DNA from: Escherichia phage mogra | DNA: 64,000 nt | Reading direction: 5' to 3' (one strand) | Sequence record: MN850579.1 | Shown here: positions 28,822 to 38,379 of the stretch, piece after piece | Numbering within the stretch: the stretch's first letter is position 1 | Layout: every line of letters starts with the position of its first letter | Made by a program: the position numbers and the translations under genes | Notes under the pieces: generated by a model | Database searches by the model: none | The model's input: only the letters and a program-made list of their open reading frames with translations | What the model was told of the DNA's origin: nothing

Positions 28822-28851
28822 GTTTACAACCAAGGATGGTTGGAGTATAAT
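28822..28851 (+). promoter_or_regulatory. early promoter for third coiled-coil paralog
   Basis: GTTTAC 28822, 18 nt spacer, TATAAT 28846. Confidence 0.55.
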
Positions 28852-28881
28852 GAGAACCTATCTTAACGAGAGGAAAATATT

Positions 28882-29832
28882 ATGACACGTTCACATTACA
28901 TTGAATACTTTGCCGGTCTTATCGCTAACGTTCATGCCCAACGTGCTTCTGGTTCATTAGGATTTGATGTTCCACACCGAGATGTAGTAAGTGGTATTCT
29001 TCGCGATTTTGGTACATACACAGGCCAAGAAAATCATATCTGTAAAGATACTCAAAATGCATATTCTCATTCACTAGGGACGCTGCTTCAATGGTTCAAA
29101 CGTTCTCGTTTATTATCTTCTACTGTAGCTCGCGATAACATTAAAAACTTTATGAAACCGAGCTTTATTAAATCTGTGACATCTAAAACCGATTTGGTTG
29201 AATTCACTATTGTTAATGATGTTAAAAAGACTCATTTGGCTGATTGGTTATCTACCATTCCTGAAACTAAATTTGCTGATAAATTTGCTTGTGAATTCAA
29301 TAAACAAGTGAATATGCTTTTTAAACATTCTCGTAAATTATTCACTGGCGGTGATGGCCGTACAAATAAAGTTCATGTTAAAGATTGGGTTACTGCAGTA
29401 TTCAAACCAACTGGTAATGGTAACGCATCATTATCAATTGATATCCAGGTTCCTTATTACTACTCACGTAATCTCGGCACCATGAAAGCCGAAGAAATTA
29501 ATAAGCACAACAAAACTATTCGTTCGTTGTCTTATAAACTTATTACATTGTTAGAGACTATGGATGTTGTTGAAACGTTCGACGAATCCGAAGATAACGG
29601 TTCAATGTTATATAGTTCTCGTACCCGAATTAAGTTGAAGAACCCTAACGAGTATAAACTTAAGACTATTAAAGAACCTAAAGTAGAAAAAGTTGACAAC
29701 TTGAGCGAAGAACGTGAGTACCTCAAATCTCGTCTGAAAGAAGTCGAAGCCCAGATTGCAGAACAAACTAAATCGTTAAAAGCTCTGAATGCGAAAGCGG
29801 ATGGTTTACGAAATGCCATTGAGGTGTTATAA
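28882..29832 (+). CDS. hypothetical protein with C-terminal coiled coil (3 of 3 tandem)
   Basis: 316 aa; own promoter; SD gaggaaaa. Confidence 0.55.
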   Translation: MTRSHYIEYFAGLIANVHAQRASGSLGFDVPHRDVVSGILRDFGTYTGQENHICKDTQNAYSHSLGTLLQWFKRSRLLSSTVARDNIKNFMKPSFIKSVTSKTDLVEFTIVNDVKKTHLADWLSTIPETKFADKFACEFNKQVNMLFKHSRKLFTGGDGRTNKVHVKDWVTAVFKPTGNGNASLSIDIQVPYYYSRNLGTMKAEEINKHNKTIRSLSYKLITLLETMDVVETFDESEDNGSMLYSSRTRIKLKNPNEYKLKTIKEPKVEKVDNLSEEREYLKSRLKEVEAQIAEQTKSLKALNAKADGLRNAIEVL

Positions 29833-30137
29833 TGAAACTACGTCTTTTAGAGGATATTGATATGAGCACTAATCATGGCTTGGTTAAGTTTATTGATGAT
29901 AGTTCAAAGATTGAATTTGTTCAGCGAGATAAAATCCACGGTGAAGAAAAGTTCGTTCCTCCGGCATGGAACGAAATAATGAAAATGGTTGAACGACGTG
30001 AAAATGCTGCCAAATCGGCAGCAAAACATCCATGTCCGGAATGTGGAACTATCCAAGTCCAACTGGTTAACTGGGCCAGTGATAACTTGAAATTGAAATG
30101 CCGTAAATGCTTCCACAAATTTGAGAGAACATTATAA
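29832..30137 (+). CDS. zinc-ribbon protein
   Basis: CPECG...CRKC; TAATG coupling. Confidence 0.5.
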   Translation: MKLRLLEDIDMSTNHGLVKFIDDSSKIEFVQRDKIHGEEKFVPPAWNEIMKMVERRENAAKSAAKHPCPECGTIQVQLVNWASDNLKLKCRKCFHKFERTL

Positions 30138-30544
30138 TGAGATATAGCCTTCGTTGTTTTATCGCAGCTTTAGTTTTTGCTATTATTCCATTCATTTGGA
30201 ACAGCCAGAATACTTACATGGAAACTAAAGTAATTCCTGTGGAGGTAGTGGAATTAATCTCAGGCCAATCTACAGGAAAATATTCTAAATTAGAATTTAT
30301 TGCAGTCTATAAAGATGAGCAAGGACGAGTTTTTGACAGGCGTGTATCACCTTCGTTTTATACGCTTCTGAATAAAGGTGATACGATAGCTATAGAAATT
30401 CGTGAGATGGATATCAAACAAACTACTAAAGATAACTTGATTTGGTTCTTTGGTACAGTGTTGTTGGTTTCTATCTGTATCACAGGTTTTATTACATGTA
30501 TTGTATTTGGCATTGCATATTTAATCGATGAAAGGAAAAAATAA
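30137..30544 (+). CDS. membrane protein
   Basis: N- and C-terminal TM helices; TAATG coupling. Confidence 0.5.
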   Translation: MRYSLRCFIAALVFAIIPFIWNSQNTYMETKVIPVEVVELISGQSTGKYSKLEFIAVYKDEQGRVFDRRVSPSFYTLLNKGDTIAIEIREMDIKQTTKDNLIWFFGTVLLVSICITGFITCIVFGIAYLIDERKK

Positions 30545-30807
30545 TGTTTAAAGTGTACGGGTATGACTCTACTATTCATAAATGCATTTATTGTGATAAT
30601 GCGAAACGATTGCTGACTGTTAAGAAACAGCCGTTCGAATTCATTAATGTTATGCCAGAAAAAGGTGTATTCGATGAAGAAAAAATTGCTGAGCTTCTGG
30701 CTAAGCTTGGACGTGAAACACATGTTGGATTGACGATGCCTCAGGTGTTTGCTCCTGATGGAACTTCGATCGGTGGCTTTGATCAACTGCGAGAATATTT
30801 TAAATGA
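30544..30807 (+). CDS. nrdC: glutaredoxin/thioredoxin NrdC
   Basis: CIYC active site; 87 aa; T4 synteny. Confidence 0.8.
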   Translation: MFKVYGYDSTIHKCIYCDNAKRLLTVKKQPFEFINVMPEKGVFDEEKIAELLAKLGRETHVGLTMPQVFAPDGTSIGGFDQLREYFK

Positions 30808-31160
30808 CATATTCATTAAATCTTAAAGATTTCCAAGATGTATACGAAGTTTGTGCCAATGAACTTGGTCCTGATGCTCCAACTATTATTGAAGTTTTAA
30901 ATGTGCTCCCTTCATCATTAGCTTACGAAGCCAAATCATGGGGTTGGAACGACACTGTCGTTCGTGATGACCTTTACGTCCTGATGAACGATATGATGGT
31001 TAAAAAGGCAGAACCGGTTGCACCAATGGTTACCATTACCGTTGAAGAATATAATCGCCTGCAAGCCATTGAAGAGCTTCTGTGGAACATTGAATGTGAC
31101 CTGCCGTCAGGGCTAGAATCCTGGATTGATTATGAAGAGCTCAATAAACTCCGGGGTTAA
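30804..31160 (+). CDS. hypothetical protein
   Basis: ATGA overlap; 118 aa. Confidence 0.5.
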   Translation: MTYSLNLKDFQDVYEVCANELGPDAPTIIEVLNVLPSSLAYEAKSWGWNDTVVRDDLYVLMNDMMVKKAEPVAPMVTITVEEYNRLQAIEELLWNIECDLPSGLESWIDYEELNKLRG

Positions 31161-31288
31161 GCCATGGTATTCGGCTCGATGGGAAACTGTCGAGCCAGAC
31201 GTCGAAACAGTTTACAACGACGAAGAAACGTGTTATGATGAACCTACAGTAAACGATATGATTGATTTGGAAATGGGAAGAGATTATT

Positions 31289-31459
31289 ATGCAAGTTAAA
31301 TTATTGTACCGTTTATTAAAAAATGGCAAGCATGATTGGTATTTGCTTATTAAAACCGATCCGAATTTTTTCTCCGGACGACCATTTACGGTTCGACCAA
31401 CTAAACGTCAGCTTCGCAAAGCGAAACGCACGCATCGCAACTTTTATAGAGGATATTGA
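31289..31459 (+). CDS. small basic protein
   Basis: 56 aa; Arg/Lys-rich. Confidence 0.4.
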   Translation: MQVKLLYRLLKNGKHDWYLLIKTDPNFFSGRPFTVRPTKRQLRKAKRTHRNFYRGY

Positions 31460-31460
31460 T

Positions 31461-31886
31461 ATGAATATTTCTGACACACATGGTAAATGGTTCAAGATTG
31501 TTAAAGAAGATGAAGAACTACAAGTCAAGTTTCCTGAATTAAAGAAAGATACAATCATCAAGGTAATTGGTACTACGACCGAAGATGGTTATGGCGACCA
31601 TGGCATTATTGAAGTGATGTTGAACACTGGTGAGAAACTTTGCATCTATGACCGTGATACTTCTCTTTGGTGCTTCTGGGAATCACATTCAATAGATGAA
31701 CTCGAAGAAATTGATTCGGCTGATATTGCGGGTGTGCTAGGTAGTAAACTTGGCGAATTCGAAGGTGAACGAATTTCTTATGCATTAGCTAAATTAGCCG
31801 GACAAGAAAATAACGACGGCTATGAAGGTAACCTGATGCAAGCAGCCGCAGAATACATTGAATATTTAGAAAGACGTTTAAGTTAA
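31461..31886 (+). CDS. hypothetical protein in the T4 pin position (possible Lon-protease inhibitor)
   Basis: Position between nrdC-region and gene 49 only; SD agagga. Confidence 0.35.
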   Translation: MNISDTHGKWFKIVKEDEELQVKFPELKKDTIIKVIGTTTEDGYGDHGIIEVMLNTGEKLCIYDRDTSLWCFWESHSIDELEEIDSADIAGVLGSKLGEFEGERISYALAKLAGQENNDGYEGNLMQAAAEYIEYLERRLS

Positions 31887-31921
31887 TAAATACCCTTATC
31901 TATTTAAGGTAAGGGTTTATC

Positions 31922-32395
31922 ATGTTATTATCAGGCGCAAAATATAAAGAAGAAAAACAAAAATTTTATGATGCACAGAACGGTAAGTGTCCTATTTGCC
32001 ACCGTGAATTAGACCCTGATGTTCAAGGTAACCATCTTGACCACGACCACGAATTAAACGGGCCAAAAGCTGGTAAGGTTCGTGGTTTACTATGTAACCT
32101 GTGCAATGCAGCAGAAGGCCAAATGAAGCATAAGTTCAACCGTTCTGGTCTTAAAGGTCAAAACGTTGATTACCTCGAATGGCTTGAATCTCTTCTTGCT
32201 TATTTGAAACAAGATTATTCTGATAATAATATCCATCCTAATTTTGTTGGAGATAAATCAAAGGAATTTTCTCGTTTAGGAAAAGAGGAAATGATGTCCG
32301 AGATGCTTCAAAGAGGATTTGAATATAATGAATCTGATACTAAAACACAATTAATAGCTTCATTCAAAAAGCAGCTTAGAAAGAGTTTAAAATGA
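31922..32395 (+). CDS. 49: recombination endonuclease VII gp49
   Basis: KCPICHREL..HLDHDHELNGPKAGKVRGLLCNLCN; near-identical to T4 endo VII. Confidence 0.92.
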   Translation: MLLSGAKYKEEKQKFYDAQNGKCPICHRELDPDVQGNHLDHDHELNGPKAGKVRGLLCNLCNAAEGQMKHKFNRSGLKGQNVDYLEWLESLLAYLKQDYSDNNIHPNFVGDKSKEFSRLGKEEMMSEMLQRGFEYNESDTKTQLIASFKKQLRKSLK

Positions 32396-34209
32396 AAATT
32401 GAAAAAGAAATTGAAGGATTAATTTATAAAACTAATAAAGATCTTTTGAACGAGAATGCTAATAAAGATTCTCGTGTTTTTCCAACTCAACGGGACCTTA
32501 TGGCTGGTATTGTGTCTAAGCACATTGCCAAAAATATGGTCCCGTCTTTTATTATGAATGCGCATGAAAGCGGAATCATTCACATGCATGATATTGATTA
32601 TTCTCCTGCTCTTCCGTTTACCAATTGCTGTTTAGTCGATTTAAAGGGGATGCTTGAGAATGGATTTAAATTAGGCAATGCTCAAATTGAAACGCCTAAA
32701 TCTATTGGCGTTGCTACTGCAATTATGGCACAAATTACCGCACAAGTTGCTTCACACCAGTATGGCGGAACTACATTTGCGAATGTCGATAAAGTTCTTT
32801 CTCCTTATGTTAAACGCACATACGCTAAACATATTGAAGATGCAGAAAAATGGCAAATCGCTGATGCGTTGAATTATGCTCAATCCAAAACAGAAAAAGA
32901 TGTCTATGACGCGTTCCAAGCTTATGAATATGAAGTAAATACTCTCTTTAGTTCAAACGGACAAACGCCTTTTGTAACAATTACATTTGGTACGGGAACT
33001 GACTGGACTGAACGAATGATTCAGAAGGCAATTCTTAAAAACCGCATTAAAGGTCTTGGTCGTGATGGAATAACTCCTATTTTTCCTAAACTTGTTATGT
33101 TTGTTGAAGAAGGTGTTAATCTTTATAAAGATGATCCAAACTATGATATTAAACAACTTGCGTTAGAATGTGCAAGCAAAAGAATGTATCCTGACATTAT
33201 TTCGGTTAAGAATAATAAAGCTATTACCGGTTCTTCAGTTCCTGTTTCTCCGATGGGTTGCCGTAGTTTTTTGAGTGTGTGGAAAGATTCGACTGGTAAT
33301 GAAATTCTTGATGGACGTAATAATCTTGGTGTTGTAACACTGAATCTTCCTCGTATCGCATTAGATTCTTATATTGGAACACAGTTCAATGAACAGAAAT
33401 TTGTTGAGCTATTTAACGAACGAATGGACCTGTGTTTTGAAGCCTTGATGTGTAGAATTAGTTCTTTAAAGGGTGTTAAAGCGACTGTTGCTCCTATTCT
33501 TTACCAAGAAGGTGCATTCGGTGTTCGTCTTAAACCTGATGACGATATAATTGAGTTATTTAAAAACGGTAGAAGTTCAGTGTCTTTGGGATACATTGGT
33601 ATTCACGAATTGAATATTCTTGTCGGTCGTGATATTGGGCAAGAAATTTTAACTAAAATGAATGCTCATCTTAAACAGTGGACTGAAAGAACCGGATTTG
33701 CTTTTAGTTTATATTCTACTCCTGCTGAAAACCTTTGTTATCGCTTCTGTAAACTTGATACAGAAAAATATGGAAGTGTAAAGGATGTTACAGATAAAGG
33801 CTGGTACACTAACAGTTTCCATGTTTCAGTAGAAGAAAATATTACTCCGTTTGAAAAAATTTCTCGTGAAGCTCCTTATCATTTCATAGCGACCGGCGGT
33901 CACATTTCTTATGTTGAACTTCCAGATATGAAAAACAATTTAAAGGGGCTTGAGGCCGTCTGGGATTATGCTGCACAACATTTAGATTATTTTGGTGTTA
34001 ATATGCCAGTGGATAAATGTTTTACATGTGGAAGTACCCATGAAATGACTCCTACTGAAAATGGATTTGTTTGTTCAGTTTGCGGAGAAACTGATCCTAA
34101 AAAGATGAACACAATAAGAAGAACATGTGGTTATTTGGGAAATCCGAACGAACGCGGATTTAATCTCGGTAAAAATAAAGAAATCATGCATAGGGTTAAA
34201 CACCAATGA
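32392..34209 (+). CDS. nrdD: anaerobic ribonucleoside-triphosphate reductase NrdD
   Basis: 605 aa; C-terminal glycyl radical motif RRTCGY and CxxC zinc site; uninterrupted (no intron). Confidence 0.93.
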   Translation: MKIEKEIEGLIYKTNKDLLNENANKDSRVFPTQRDLMAGIVSKHIAKNMVPSFIMNAHESGIIHMHDIDYSPALPFTNCCLVDLKGMLENGFKLGNAQIETPKSIGVATAIMAQITAQVASHQYGGTTFANVDKVLSPYVKRTYAKHIEDAEKWQIADALNYAQSKTEKDVYDAFQAYEYEVNTLFSSNGQTPFVTITFGTGTDWTERMIQKAILKNRIKGLGRDGITPIFPKLVMFVEEGVNLYKDDPNYDIKQLALECASKRMYPDIISVKNNKAITGSSVPVSPMGCRSFLSVWKDSTGNEILDGRNNLGVVTLNLPRIALDSYIGTQFNEQKFVELFNERMDLCFEALMCRISSLKGVKATVAPILYQEGAFGVRLKPDDDIIELFKNGRSSVSLGYIGIHELNILVGRDIGQEILTKMNAHLKQWTERTGFAFSLYSTPAENLCYRFCKLDTEKYGSVKDVTDKGWYTNSFHVSVEENITPFEKISREAPYHFIATGGHISYVELPDMKNNLKGLEAVWDYAAQHLDYFGVNMPVDKCFTCGSTHEMTPTENGFVCSVCGETDPKKMNTIRRTCGYLGNPNERGFNLGKNKEIMHRVKHQ

Positions 34210-34676
34210 ATTATGATAGATTTTATCCTTGCGATTTTGTGAATGGCCCTGGATGCAGGGTCGTTCTTTTCGTTACGGGTTGTTTGCATAAATGCGAAGG
34301 GTGTTATAATAAATCAACATGGAATGCTAGAAATGGTATTCCATTCACTGGTGAAACACTAGAACAATTAATTGAATGTTTGAATAATGATTATATAGAA
34401 GGATTAACTATAACCGGAGGTGACCCTCTCTATCCTGATAACCGAGATGTTATTCATTGCATTGTTCAAACAGTAAAAAATCTTTATCCCAATAAAAGCA
34501 TTTGGTTGTGGACAGGATATAAGTTTGAAGATATTAAACAACTAGAAATGCTTAAATATGTTGATGTTATTATTGATGGGAAGTATGAGAAAAATCTTCC
34601 GACCAAAAAGCTGTGGCGAGGATCAGATAATCAGCGGCTTTGGTCAAATACCGATGGGGTGTGGAAACATGATTAA
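34206..34676 (+). CDS. nrdG: anaerobic RNR activating protein NrdG (radical SAM)
   Basis: CLHKCEGC motif; ATGA coupling to nrdD. Confidence 0.88.
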   Translation: MNYDRFYPCDFVNGPGCRVVLFVTGCLHKCEGCYNKSTWNARNGIPFTGETLEQLIECLNNDYIEGLTITGGDPLYPDNRDVIHCIVQTVKNLYPNKSIWLWTGYKFEDIKQLEMLKYVDVIIDGKYEKNLPTKKLWRGSDNQRLWSNTDGVWKHD

Positions 34677-34782
34677 ATTGAATTACATTATGGATACTAT
34701 AAATGATATGATTTTTAATTTTGGTCCAGAATTTTATTCGCAATATAGTTTAATGCTTATCAATGCTTAATTAAGGGTAAAT

Positions 34783-34998
34783 ATGTATAAATTTCGTAAA
34801 GGTTTAGCTGATTTTCTTACAACTGTAACGTTCTTTTTGTTTATGGCAGTTGGAGCTATTTTTCTTATTCCTTTTACTGGCGTATTTTTCGTGATTAGTT
34901 TAATTTCTCCAGAAAAGGGTTTATCCTCCAGCGAATTCAATGAACGTTTGGACAAAATTACTAATAAACTGAATTCTGTTCTTGATAAAAAGGCTTAA
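34783..34998 (+). CDS. small membrane protein
   Basis: Two TM helices. Confidence 0.5.
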   Translation: MYKFRKGLADFLTTVTFFLFMAVGAIFLIPFTGVFFVISLISPEKGLSSSEFNERLDKITNKLNSVLDKKA

Positions 34999-35000
34999 TT

Positions 35001-35318
35001 ATGATTAGTTTTGAGCGGTATGTAGTAGAGAGTTGGAATGGTTTTGATATGTTCGGTAATGACTATTATTTCTATGAATGTAGTCTGAACCCAAGCTTCT
35101 GGGCTGGACGTGAACAAGACCTCGAAGAAATCAACGCTCGTGCCGATTTGTTAGGTGAACTGCCTACGGTTTATTTTACCTTTGATGAATCCGGCTTCGT
35201 TATCCAGGTTTATTTTCCTGAAGAAAACTCTGGTGAGGATTCTGTTAATCCTCCTTATTGGGCTTACCAAGGAATTATTTCTCGTGGAACAAAACTCGAA
35301 CTTAAAGAACAAGATTGA
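35001..35318 (+). CDS. hypothetical protein
   Basis: 105 aa. Confidence 0.5.
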   Translation: MISFERYVVESWNGFDMFGNDYYFYECSLNPSFWAGREQDLEEINARADLLGELPTVYFTFDESGFVIQVYFPEENSGEDSVNPPYWAYQGIISRGTKLELKEQD

Positions 35319-35607
35319 AATTTATGGCATCCCTGAAGAAGTTGGACGTTGTCCAGGATGTTATACTGTTACAAAACTTTTAAAGGAGCTCAATGCTCCT
35401 TATACATTTTATAAAGTCCTCACTAATAATGGTAAGATTGAATATGACCGTCCTTTAATCGTATCTCTTGCTAAACGTGCAGGATTCACTTCACTTAATA
35501 TTCGTTATCCTGTCATATTTTTAAATGATAAGAAACAAAAGAATATTGCAGAGTTTAAAAAGTCCTTGATTTCATTAGGATATGACTCTGATATCATAGA
35601 AGATTGA
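35284..35607 (+). CDS. glutaredoxin-like protein (NrdH-like), non-ATG start
   Basis: CPGC redox motif in IEIYGIPEEVGRCPGCY; no in-frame ATG; GTG at 35284 with SD aagga upstream; start uncertain. Confidence 0.5.
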   Translation: MEQNSNLKNKIEIYGIPEEVGRCPGCYTVTKLLKELNAPYTFYKVLTNNGKIEYDRPLIVSLAKRAGFTSLNIRYPVIFLNDKKQKNIAEFKKSLISLGYDSDIIED

Positions 35608-35630
35608 CCAGGTGCCGCCTGGTCTTCTTT
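35606..35630 (+). terminator. rho-independent terminator
   Basis: GACCAGG-TGCCG-CCTGGTC then T-rich tract. Confidence 0.6.
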
Positions 35631-35715
35631 ATCTCATTTCTAATATAATCCATTGGAATCTTCACTTCACTATCTCCTTGTGCCCCTCTCAAATCAAAAA
35701 TATTTTCATAAAACA

Positions 35716-35765
35716 GTTTACATCCTCAATAGATGTGTTAAGATTAAACCATCTACTATAGAGGA
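35716..35765 (+). promoter_or_regulatory. early promoter with inverted repeat TAGATG/CATCTA
   Basis: GTTTAC 35716. Confidence 0.45.
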
Positions 35766-35772
35766 AAATAAA

Positions 35773-35955
35773 ATGACAATTGAAGATAAAGAAATTAAGG
35801 TTGACCAGTACTATTCTGTCAATGGTAATGCCGTACAGATAACCAGAGTTTCAAGCCTGGATGTTTGGTACCGTTCAATCAAATATCCAGAAATTGGTGA
35901 AATGCTTTGTGACCGTGGTATCTTCTGTTCAATTGCGAAGGAAATTAAGCCATGA
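35773..35955 (+). CDS. hypothetical protein
   Basis: 60 aa. Confidence 0.45.
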   Translation: MTIEDKEIKVDQYYSVNGNAVQITRVSSLDVWYRSIKYPEIGEMLCDRGIFCSIAKEIKP

Positions 35956-36200
35956 TTAGTTTAGATTCAAAGAAAGTTGTTCTAACCCTTAAAGTTAATG
36001 ACGAGCGACCGGTATTCGTTACCATTTCCGATTTGTATGTTGAAATTGCTAATGGCGTTCGTACTTATCAAGCAAATAAAACTCATTGGGATTATATCCC
36101 GATGTTGACGCTTACTCAGCGTTTAGAATCAATCGGTCTTAAAGACCTTTCAGTAAGTGAAGTGAATTTTATCAAACGCATTGTATCAATCAACCTTTGA
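35952..36200 (+). CDS. hypothetical protein
   Basis: ATGA overlap. Confidence 0.45.
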   Translation: MISLDSKKVVLTLKVNDERPVFVTISDLYVEIANGVRTYQANKTHWDYIPMLTLTQRLESIGLKDLSVSEVNFIKRIVSINL

Positions 36201-36207
36201 GGTACTT

Positions 36208-36501
36208 ATGGGTAAAACATATCGTCGTAAAGATTTGAAAGTTCGTGATTACGACTATTTTGGTAAGCGTAAAGCTCCTGACGGTGTTAGCCACAAAGAC
36301 ATGGTTGAAAACATTTTCCGCTCAGATAAATGGAAACGTATGAAAGGCGTTGATTCTGAAGTCAAGAATGAAATGAATCGACAACTCCGCAAAGAAGTTC
36401 GTAAGTTGAAAAAAGATGTTTACAGTAAAGAAGAGTATGATTATAATACTTCTCATACTGAAGCCAAACGTAAAGCTAACGAATGTTATCGTTACAGTTG
36501 A
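36208..36501 (+). CDS. small basic protein
   Basis: Lys/Arg-rich. Confidence 0.45.
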   Translation: MGKTYRRKDLKVRDYDYFGKRKAPDGVSHKDMVENIFRSDKWKRMKGVDSEVKNEMNRQLRKEVRKLKKDVYSKEEYDYNTSHTEAKRKANECYRYS

Positions 36502-36508
36502 GGAAATT

Positions 36509-36643
36509 ATGAATATCAAACGAATGCTTTTTAAGCAGGGATTATATACTTTAAATGTTAATCCAAAGGGTGATACAACTAAATGGTCTGTAAATGACTG
36601 GATTAAGTTCATCGATGAAAATGGGGCCTGGAATATAAAATGA
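36509..36643 (+). CDS. small hypothetical protein
   Basis: SD gaggaaa. Confidence 0.4.
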   Translation: MNIKRMLFKQGLYTLNVNPKGDTTKWSVNDWIKFIDENGAWNIK

Positions 36644-36840
36644 ATCCTGAATCTATGTTATCTCAAAAACTTCGCGAAGAACGAGCTGAATTCTTTGCCA
36701 ATATGAAACTCAACGGCGTTGAGGATGAAGACTTCTTACGCTGGTTCTGGATTTACAAATACAAAGAATGCCAACACGCTGTGCTATTGACTTGCGCAGT
36801 TATGTACGAAGGCTGGAAAGGCGCTAAAAAGTTCGGATAA
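36640..36840 (+). CDS. hypothetical protein
   Basis: ATGA overlap. Confidence 0.45.
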   Translation: MNPESMLSQKLREERAEFFANMKLNGVEDEDFLRWFWIYKYKECQHAVLLTCAVMYEGWKGAKKFG

Positions 36841-36843
36841 CGA

Positions 36844-36878
36844 TTTACAAACTCTTGAGAGCAGAGTATAATGCTCTC
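36844..36878 (+). promoter_or_regulatory. early promoter cassette, copy B of the identical 49 bp repeat
   Basis: TTTACA 36844, TATAAT 36867; identical to 6940-6988. Confidence 0.6.
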
Positions 36879-36909
36879 ATTGGATAATAAAATAACCGAG
36901 GAAAATAAT

Positions 36910-37242
36910 ATGTCTACTAAAATCAAAAACGTAGTTAATTCTTTCGCTTTCGATAAAGTTGTTGCTCTTCTGGAATCCGGCAATATTGTTACTCCTCAAG
37001 TTCTTGACGCGTGGGAATTCCGTCTTTATGAAATCATGCAAAAACACGACCAGAAAATTGGACGTAATTCTATTCGCGAAATTCTAGTACAATATATTCT
37101 TTCTGAATTTGACGTTGCTGCATTTGGTGTTGAATCTAAAGCTTATCAGAAACATGAAATCTCTGAAAAGACTATCCGTCGTATGAAAAATCAACGTAAG
37201 AAAAAATTCGTTGATCTGAAAATTGTTAAGGCGGTAAAATGA
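36910..37242 (+). CDS. hypothetical protein
   Basis: Downstream of duplicated promoter cassette; SD gaggaaaa. Confidence 0.5.
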   Translation: MSTKIKNVVNSFAFDKVVALLESGNIVTPQVLDAWEFRLYEIMQKHDQKIGRNSIREILVQYILSEFDVAAFGVESKAYQKHEISEKTIRRMKNQRKKKFVDLKIVKAVK

Positions 37243-37466
37243 GCGTATTAACAGAAATTTTGATTAATGACCTGCGTCTAGCTGGTTACGAAGTTGGTAC
37301 AAATAGCCTAGGTCTTCCTCAGATTGAAGGTCCTGGATTTATTCTAGAATACGAATTCAAACAATGGTGGTTATATGCTACGGTTGACGATGCGTTGAAT
37401 ATTGATTTCGTTGACCAATTTGATTCGTTGGATGCTGCCTTATTTGCAGCAAAGGAAATAGAATGA
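37239..37466 (+). CDS. hypothetical protein
   Basis: ATGA overlap. Confidence 0.45.
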   Translation: MSVLTEILINDLRLAGYEVGTNSLGLPQIEGPGFILEYEFKQWWLYATVDDALNIDFVDQFDSLDAALFAAKEIE

Positions 37467-37555
37467 AACTATCTCGAATCACTATAACCGAAGAAAAGTT
37501 TGGTGAATTTTAAGTCGACAACTTTATAAAAGTTACGTATCTTTGATAGTATCTC

Positions 37556-37583
37556 GTGCTTTAAGATAGGTCTCTAAATATTA
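37556..37583 (+). promoter_or_regulatory. candidate middle (MotA-dependent) promoter for gene 55
   Basis: MotA-box-like TGCTTTA 37556-37562, then TATTAT about 15 nt downstream. Confidence 0.4.
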
Positions 37584-37621
37584 TGATATAATAGACCTAT
37601 GAATTGAGCCAAGAGGTACTT

Positions 37622-38179
37622 ATGACTGAACAAAAACCTAAAAATAACTATGTGAATAATAAAGAGCTTCTCGCCGCTATAATCGAGTGGAAAAAGGAGC
37701 TCTTAAATAATAAAGACCCAAACAAAATTATTCGTCAGAATGATACTATCGGTTTAGCAATTATGCTTATCGCCGAAGGCCTGTCCAAACGTTTCAACTT
37801 TTCAGGATATACCCAGTCTTGGAAGCAGGAGATGATTGCAGATGGGATTGAAGCCTCTATTAAGGGACTTCATAATTTCGACGAAACTAAGTACAATAAC
37901 CCACATGCATACATAACTCGAGCTTGTTTTAATGCTTTTGTCCAACGTATCAAAAAAGAACGTAAGGAAGTTGCAAAGAAATATAGTTACTTCGTTCATA
38001 ATGTCTACGACAGTCATGACGATGATATGGTAGCGTTGGTAGATGAAACGTTTATTCAAGACATCTACGATAAAATGACGCATTATGAAGAATCCGCTTA
38101 TAAAGCTCCTGGGGCTGAAAAGAAGGAAGTTGTTAGCGATTCGCCTAGTTTGGATTTTTTATATGAGGATGACAATTGA
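37622..38179 (+). CDS. 55: late-transcription sigma factor gp55
   Basis: 185 aa (T4 gp55 size); position upstream of gene 47; SD agagg. Confidence 0.75.
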   Translation: MTEQKPKNNYVNNKELLAAIIEWKKELLNNKDPNKIIRQNDTIGLAIMLIAEGLSKRFNFSGYTQSWKQEMIADGIEASIKGLHNFDETKYNNPHAYITRACFNAFVQRIKKERKEVAKKYSYFVHNVYDSHDDDMVALVDETFIQDIYDKMTHYEESAYKAPGAEKKEVVSDSPSLDFLYEDDN

Positions 38180-38378
38180 CATCTCTAACTACTTAGAAGA
38201 ACCTTTTGACGAAGCAATCCCTTATTTGGTAAAACTGTTGGGTCGTGAATTTAAAATTAATTTTGACATCGACCCTTTGAACCCACATGACGTGTCATTT
38301 TCAATAAATGGGACTCCGGTTGAGTATGAGTTCTGTATTGAAGAGGATGGACGTTTTTATTTTAATTTAATGAGATAA
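38163..38378 (+). CDS. hypothetical protein
   Basis: Overlaps end of gene 55. Confidence 0.4.
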   Translation: MRMTIDISNYLEEPFDEAIPYLVKLLGREFKINFDIDPLNPHDVSFSINGTPVEYEFCIEEDGRFYFNLMR

Positions 38379-38379
38379 T

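Noticed and set aside
30358-30816. 152-aa minus-strand ORF
   Set aside because: Antisense to nrdC and the upstream membrane protein gene
32392-34209. Group I intron / homing endonuclease in nrdD as in T4
   Set aside because: nrdD is a single uninterrupted 605-aa frame; no GIY-YIG or HNH-like ORF seen anywhere in the window
35284-35318. Programmed ribosomal frameshift joining ORF 35001-35318 to the glutaredoxin frame
   Set aside because: No slippery heptamer seen in the overlap; an internal GTG start with SD is the simpler explanation
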